Positions 56,001-62,000 of a stretch of 64,000 bases of DNA are shown here, one piece after another. Positions within the stretch are counted from its first letter, which is position 1; each line of letters starts with the position of its first letter. The position numbers were made by a program, and so were the translations under genes. This stretch comes from Candidatus Thorarchaeota archaeon (GTDB lineage Archaea > Asgardarchaeota > Thorarchaeia > Thorarchaeales > Thorarchaeaceae), in assembly GCA_048882325.1 (NCBI GenBank), contig JBHLRS010000006.1, forward strand, positions 1 to 64,000, written 5' to 3'. Below the pieces are notes generated by a model. That model was not told the DNA's origin. It searched no databases and saw nothing but the letters and a program-made list of their open reading frames with translations.

Positions 56001-59000
56001 TGTGTCACTTGAGCAAGAGAGCAATGGAACTTTTACCCATGCTACGAGATGCGCGTGAGTCAAGTTGTACGCTTGGTCGAAGAGTTCTATCTCATGTGAA
56101 AGTGTTTCTTCACCAATCGCGAATGCGATATCTCTACCATCAGGGCGGACATCTGTGCGGAGGTCTGTGTCGTATATGTCTATTAGAACTGGGAAGTTGG
56201 CAAGATCCTCTGCCACATTCTCATGACTGACTGTCAAGGTTTTCCTGTGATAGTATGGTAGTGTGAATCGATCTCCCTGATTTATAGTAGCTCCCGTATA
56301 CCAGGCTGAGCCTGATGGGTCTGTCAGCTCAAGAGCGATTGTTGACCCTGTAATCCACGAACTCCTTATTCTGAACTGGATGTCTTCACCCAATGTGAAC
56401 TGGTCGGTGGAAGAATAAGGTCCTCCACTTGGTCCAATTTGCATGTCAAGAATATGGTTTCTGTCTAGGAATTTGATTTGCCACATGCCATATTCATCAA
56501 TCGCTGTTGAAGCAACCGTTAGTCTACCATCAAAACATGTCCAATCCGATGCGTATGCTTTTTCAACACCTGAAGGGCTTGTAACAGAAAGTGGCCACCA
56601 ATCACCATCTGGATAGGAAATCTCGAATGAAATATCAACTATTTCAGACGGCGGGGAAATCAACACACCCGTAGTCCAAACTGGTACGCTTCCATTAGCA
56701 ATTGAGAAGGTTGTTCCTAGGCTGAAGTCATCTGCGTAGGTATAAAACGAAGTTTGGACTTCTAGTGTCAATTCAGCTCCAATTGTAACAGCAGACGCAG
56801 AGCTTGTTGTGAAAAGGTATTCTATACCGCTGATTTGTACCTCTGATCCAATAGAAAGGAAGGAGCTTGGATCGTTTTGATTGTTGTATTCCGTGATTAC
56901 CCAACCTGGAGATTGGACCGCAGTAGACACTCGAATTTCATCAAATTTCCCTAGAAAACGACTGGCGGTATCAAGTTGATTTCCTCCCCAAAGCCAATCA
57001 CCAAGACTTGCTAACTGTGTCCACTCTGTTGGTACATTTTCTGCGGCAAGAATCATTGGTGCTCCATCTAGGTAAATGATGACACTCTTTGTAGAATAGT
57101 CCAGTGTGAGCACAAGATGATGCCATACATTGTTTGTGAATGGGTCAGTGGCAAGGTTATAATCAATGCTGTTGCCACCCCAAGGATAGAAGAAGTGGTC
57201 ACCATCAGGTTGAACAGCCCATTCAAAGCCATCATCTTGTAGAAGTGTTGGTGGAGGAGCGGGATTCAATATGAACCGGTCACTGGTTGTCATAACTCGC
57301 TGATATCCTCCATCAGCGGAATCTACCCAATTGATCCATAATGAAAGAGTACCTGCGTATTTTACCGAATCCAGACTGGAACTTTCAGATACATTGATCA
57401 TGTCATCGACTCCATCCAACGCAAATCCACTTCCAATTTGCCCTGGAACGAGAGCTGAACCACTCATGGACCCCAAAGTTGCGCCATCATTATTGTATGG
57501 GCTACTATCATAAACTGTTCCTGTTGGAGTTTCCTCCAGATGCCACACACCTGCATAATTACCCCAGACCGCACTCGGATTTTCTTGAGCTGTCAAATCT
57601 GGGTTGCCATAATACATTGTGATTGTTGTGTCAACAGACGAGGAAAGGTCTGTTTTGACCCAGACCATTAGATGTGCATGTGTTGCATTATAGGTCTGGT
57701 CGAAGTAAGTAATCTCGTGTGGACACCAGCTTTGTCCGTTCCTGAACATGATGTCATCTCCATCAGATTGAACATCATTTCTAAGATCTGTGTCAAAGAT
57801 GTCAATGAGAACCGGGAAGTCAGTAAGGTCTGTAGCGACTTTTGCATGATCAACCACTAAATCCTTTTTGTATTGAAAATCAGTAGCTCGAGCTCTTGAT
57901 TGATATCCAACCCGGAGAGTTGTTTCCTCTCCTATTGAGTAGAAGCTTGACGGGTCATTTTGGTTTCTGTACTCTGTTGTAATCCAAGAGGCTGAGTGAG
58001 CAATACTTGAGATGCGGATTTCATCCATGGTGCCATTGACCATTCTGTCTAAATCAATTGTACCAGCTATGTTATCCACTGAGAGGGTGTTTGCACCTAC
58101 TGTTTCATCCTGTTGTATCCAAACACCATTAATATAGAGATCTCCAAAATCCCCTGACCTTACAAAAACAATATGCTGCCATGCATCCGCTACAACTGAA
58201 CTTGATGGGAAATCGAAATACTCAGCATCTGTAGCTGTTTCAACTCGTATCCTACCATTATAGTAAGAAATCCTATTAAGATAGGCATCTGCACCCATGA
58301 AATTGACTTCGCTATTGGGTCCCGGTGGAAATCCCACAGGATATACCCAAAATGAATAGGTTCCAGTGGACTGCGTATTAGAACTCTGCAAAGCAATGAA
58401 ATCATCTGTGCCGTCGAAATCATATCCATATCCCATGCGACCAGTAATTCCTTGAGTGGGTCCTCCCATTAAAGTACCATCTGGTCCACCAGAAACTGAA
58501 TCTCTCGAAACACCGGAGGTTTCTCCGAGATGCCAAACCCCCCAATAATTATCATTCCAGACACCATTCTGATTCTCCTGATTTGTTGCTGAGGGATTTC
58601 CGTAGAACATAGTAACAATCGTGTCAACTGTAGACGAGAGATTGGTCTTGACCCACGCAACAAGATGAGCATGCGTCGAGTTGTAGTTCTGATCAAAGAG
58701 CTCAATTTCATGTGGTAGGACTGTAGTACCAAGTTTGAAGATAATGTCATCACCATCTATCTGGACTTTTGCCCTCAAATCAGTGTCAAATAAATCAACA
58801 AGTAATGGGAAGTCTGTCAGGTCTGAGTCGACCTTCGTGTGGTCAACAGTTAAGTCCTTCTTGTAATCAAATTCGATAAGCTGCATTGATACTTCTGTAC
58901 CTACCGAATAGAAACCGGATGGATCGTTCTGATTTAGATACTCTGTCGCAATCCAGTCTGGGGAAAGAGAAACATTGAGGATTCTAAATTCTGAGATTGC

Positions 59001-62000
59001 TCCGGAGCCCCACATGTTTCCACCACTTAAATCGGACAGAATAGCTAATTGATTCCAGGTTAGGTGTGGATTTGCGTTATCTGCACTATTATCTTCCGCA
59101 TCCAATGTGCCATTCAAATAATGATATGCCCTTACCGCAGACATTGATCTTACCCATGCAAATTGGAACCATGTATCAGCTTCCCATGAACTCTTGCTTC
59201 CAGTACAGGTTTCGTCAATATCTGACGTGACCTCCATATGTGTCACGACCAAACCTGAACTCGCGGCAAATCTCATCAAAGGGTAGTCATTTGTTAGACT
59301 GTTTCCTCTGAAGAAGTGCATATCACTTCCTGGTGGGAAGACACTATCAAGGGCAAACCACGATTGAAATGTGAAATCATTTACAGGTCCTGAAATCCCG
59401 TTGATGCTAAATCTATCATCTAATCCATCCACAGCAATCGCAGTTCCTAGTTCACCGTCATATACCCTCTGGTCCGAACCAAATCCAGTTGCTGTCAGGT
59501 CATACCCATTAATTGTACTGTCTTTTATCAAGGAAGATGATGGATCTTGATTCATATGCCAAACCGCAACATAATTACTATTCCATACATCAGATGGATT
59601 CTCTTGATTACTTAAACCGGGATTTCCATAATACATCGAGATTGTTGTATCTACAGTGGAAGAAAGGTCAGTCTTGACCCAGGCGACAAGATGAGCATGC
59701 GTCGAGTTGTACGTCTGATTAAAGAGCTCTAGTTCGTGAGGCAATATTGTGTTGCCAATTGTGAAGATGATATCATCACCGTCAGATTGAGTCTTTGTCT
59801 GTAGATCACTATCAAAGATGTCAACAAGTAGTGGAAAGTCAACTAAATCTGCCGCAACTTTTGTATGATCAATGCTTATTTCTTTCTTGTAGTTGAATAC
59901 AAGGTCTTGAGATATTTCGGGACTGATTATACTTGTAGGTTCCGGACTCACAAAAGGTCTGAGAAACGCGTCATCTGCAATAACCGTGTTGGGTTCTGTC
60001 TGAGGTGCAGCCCAGTAAAAAACCGTACAGAACCTATCTATGCCCTCTGTTCCAAGATTTACTCCAGTTACTTCAATCTCAAGATTTCCGTCGAGCCATA
60101 ATCTAGCTTCACCGACAGTATCAGAGATCTTAGCCTGCATATCTAGTGTATGCCAAGAACCCGTGGAAATCGTACTTGTCGTTCCATAACCATATGCCTC
60201 ATCAACAACATCATTCCACATATACAGAGTCATGTCATCTCTAATTGTTACACTAAGTTGGTTTTGCCACACCGCGGAGGTGTCAACATATTGCATTATT
60301 GTGACATGATCGCTGGTGGAGAATCCTGCTGGTAGGTAGAAATGTACTCTTGCAAACAGATTCGATTTGTCACTGAAATCCTTCCAGACCATGGCTTGAG
60401 CGGCTGCCACATCGTCAACATCTCCCCTTACTGCATAGGTTCCGGAATGAACTGGAATCAGTGGTGTATTCAACACAATCAGTGTGTCACCAGTGTCTGT
60501 ATATGAACCATCCCAAGCGCTAAGATCCCCGCTCTCAAAACCATCATAGAATTGGAACACGTTCGTGTAGTCATTTGGTGGATTAGTAACAGTGGGATTT
60601 CCGTAGTATATGAAGTACTGATCATCGGAGGAGTATGCAGGAATATCCGTTTGAATTCTGAACCATATCTTTGCGGTCGCGGAATTCCAAGAAGAGTCAA
60701 AATCTAATATCCTGTCCAATTCAGTCAAACTTAGACCATTCCAGTACATTATCCGTAGATCATCACCATCAATTTGCGATTTCCCTGCAGCGACTAATGA
60801 TGCATGATCAATAGTCACTGAAGTCGTATATCCAGCAGGGACAAGTTCGGATCCTGAAGTAATGGTGACTTGCCTGCTGTATTCATATGTCACAGCAGTC
60901 GTGGTTTCAATTTCAACTGCATAGAATGAACTTGGGTCATTCTGGTTGTTAAATTCAGTAACAATCCATCCTAGATTTCTATAAGAGTTTGAAACCCGAA
61001 CCTCATCAATTCGGCCATCCCACTCTTGAATGAAACCAACTGACCCTGGATTATTGGCAATGTGAATTACTGATGTGCCCGTTTGAGTTGAGCCGGTGTA
61101 AGCTGCATTTCCACGCTCAACTCCATCAACATACAAGCGCAGTTCGCCAGTATCTGCATTTGCCACACCCGCAACATGATGCCACTGCCCATCATTCACC
61201 CAGCTTAGTGATGTTGTTACACTCTGAGTGTCGTCAACATAAAATGCGAGAGTCGAACTGTCCAATTTCCCTAGCCAATAGTTTCTGTGACCCACATCTC
61301 CCCATTTGGCGACTATCGCATCTGAAGAACCATCAATATTGTTTGTCCTTACCCACGCTTCTACCAGCATGTCTGAGGGAAGGACGAGTGAAGAGGAGTG
61401 AGGCGCTTCAATTCTGTCGTTGGTTGCCTCTCCGTAGAACTCAGAGCACCCGTCTATTTTCCCTGTCTGAAGAGTAGGTTCAGAGCCAAGTGGGTACCCT
61501 ATACCATCGTTTCCATTTGCTGTGCTATCGTAGACAGTCCCGGCTGGGTCTTCACTGAGATGCCACACAGCTGCAAAGGAAGTATCCCAGACACCATTGG
61601 GGTTTTCCTGACTCTCTGAACTGGAATCTCCATAGTACATCGATAGGACAGTATCAGTTGAAGCAGAGAGGTCAGCTCTCACCCAAGCGATAAGGTGTCC
61701 ATGCGAGGAATTGTATGATTGGTCAAACAGCTCAATCTCGTGCGGGAGTATCCATCCATCCTTCACAAACACAATGTCATCACCATCTGCTTGTACATCA
61801 AATCGAAGGTCTGCATCATAAAGATCGATAAGGACCGGAAATCCATAGAGGTCTGAGGCAACCTTGGTATGGTCGATGATGATGTCTTTCTTGTACATGA
61901 ATTCAAGTGGAACTTTCTTTGGAATTATGACCTCTTGCTCAACTCCCAGCGAATAGAAGCTGGACGGATCAAATTGGTTATTGTACTCTGTGAGAATCCA

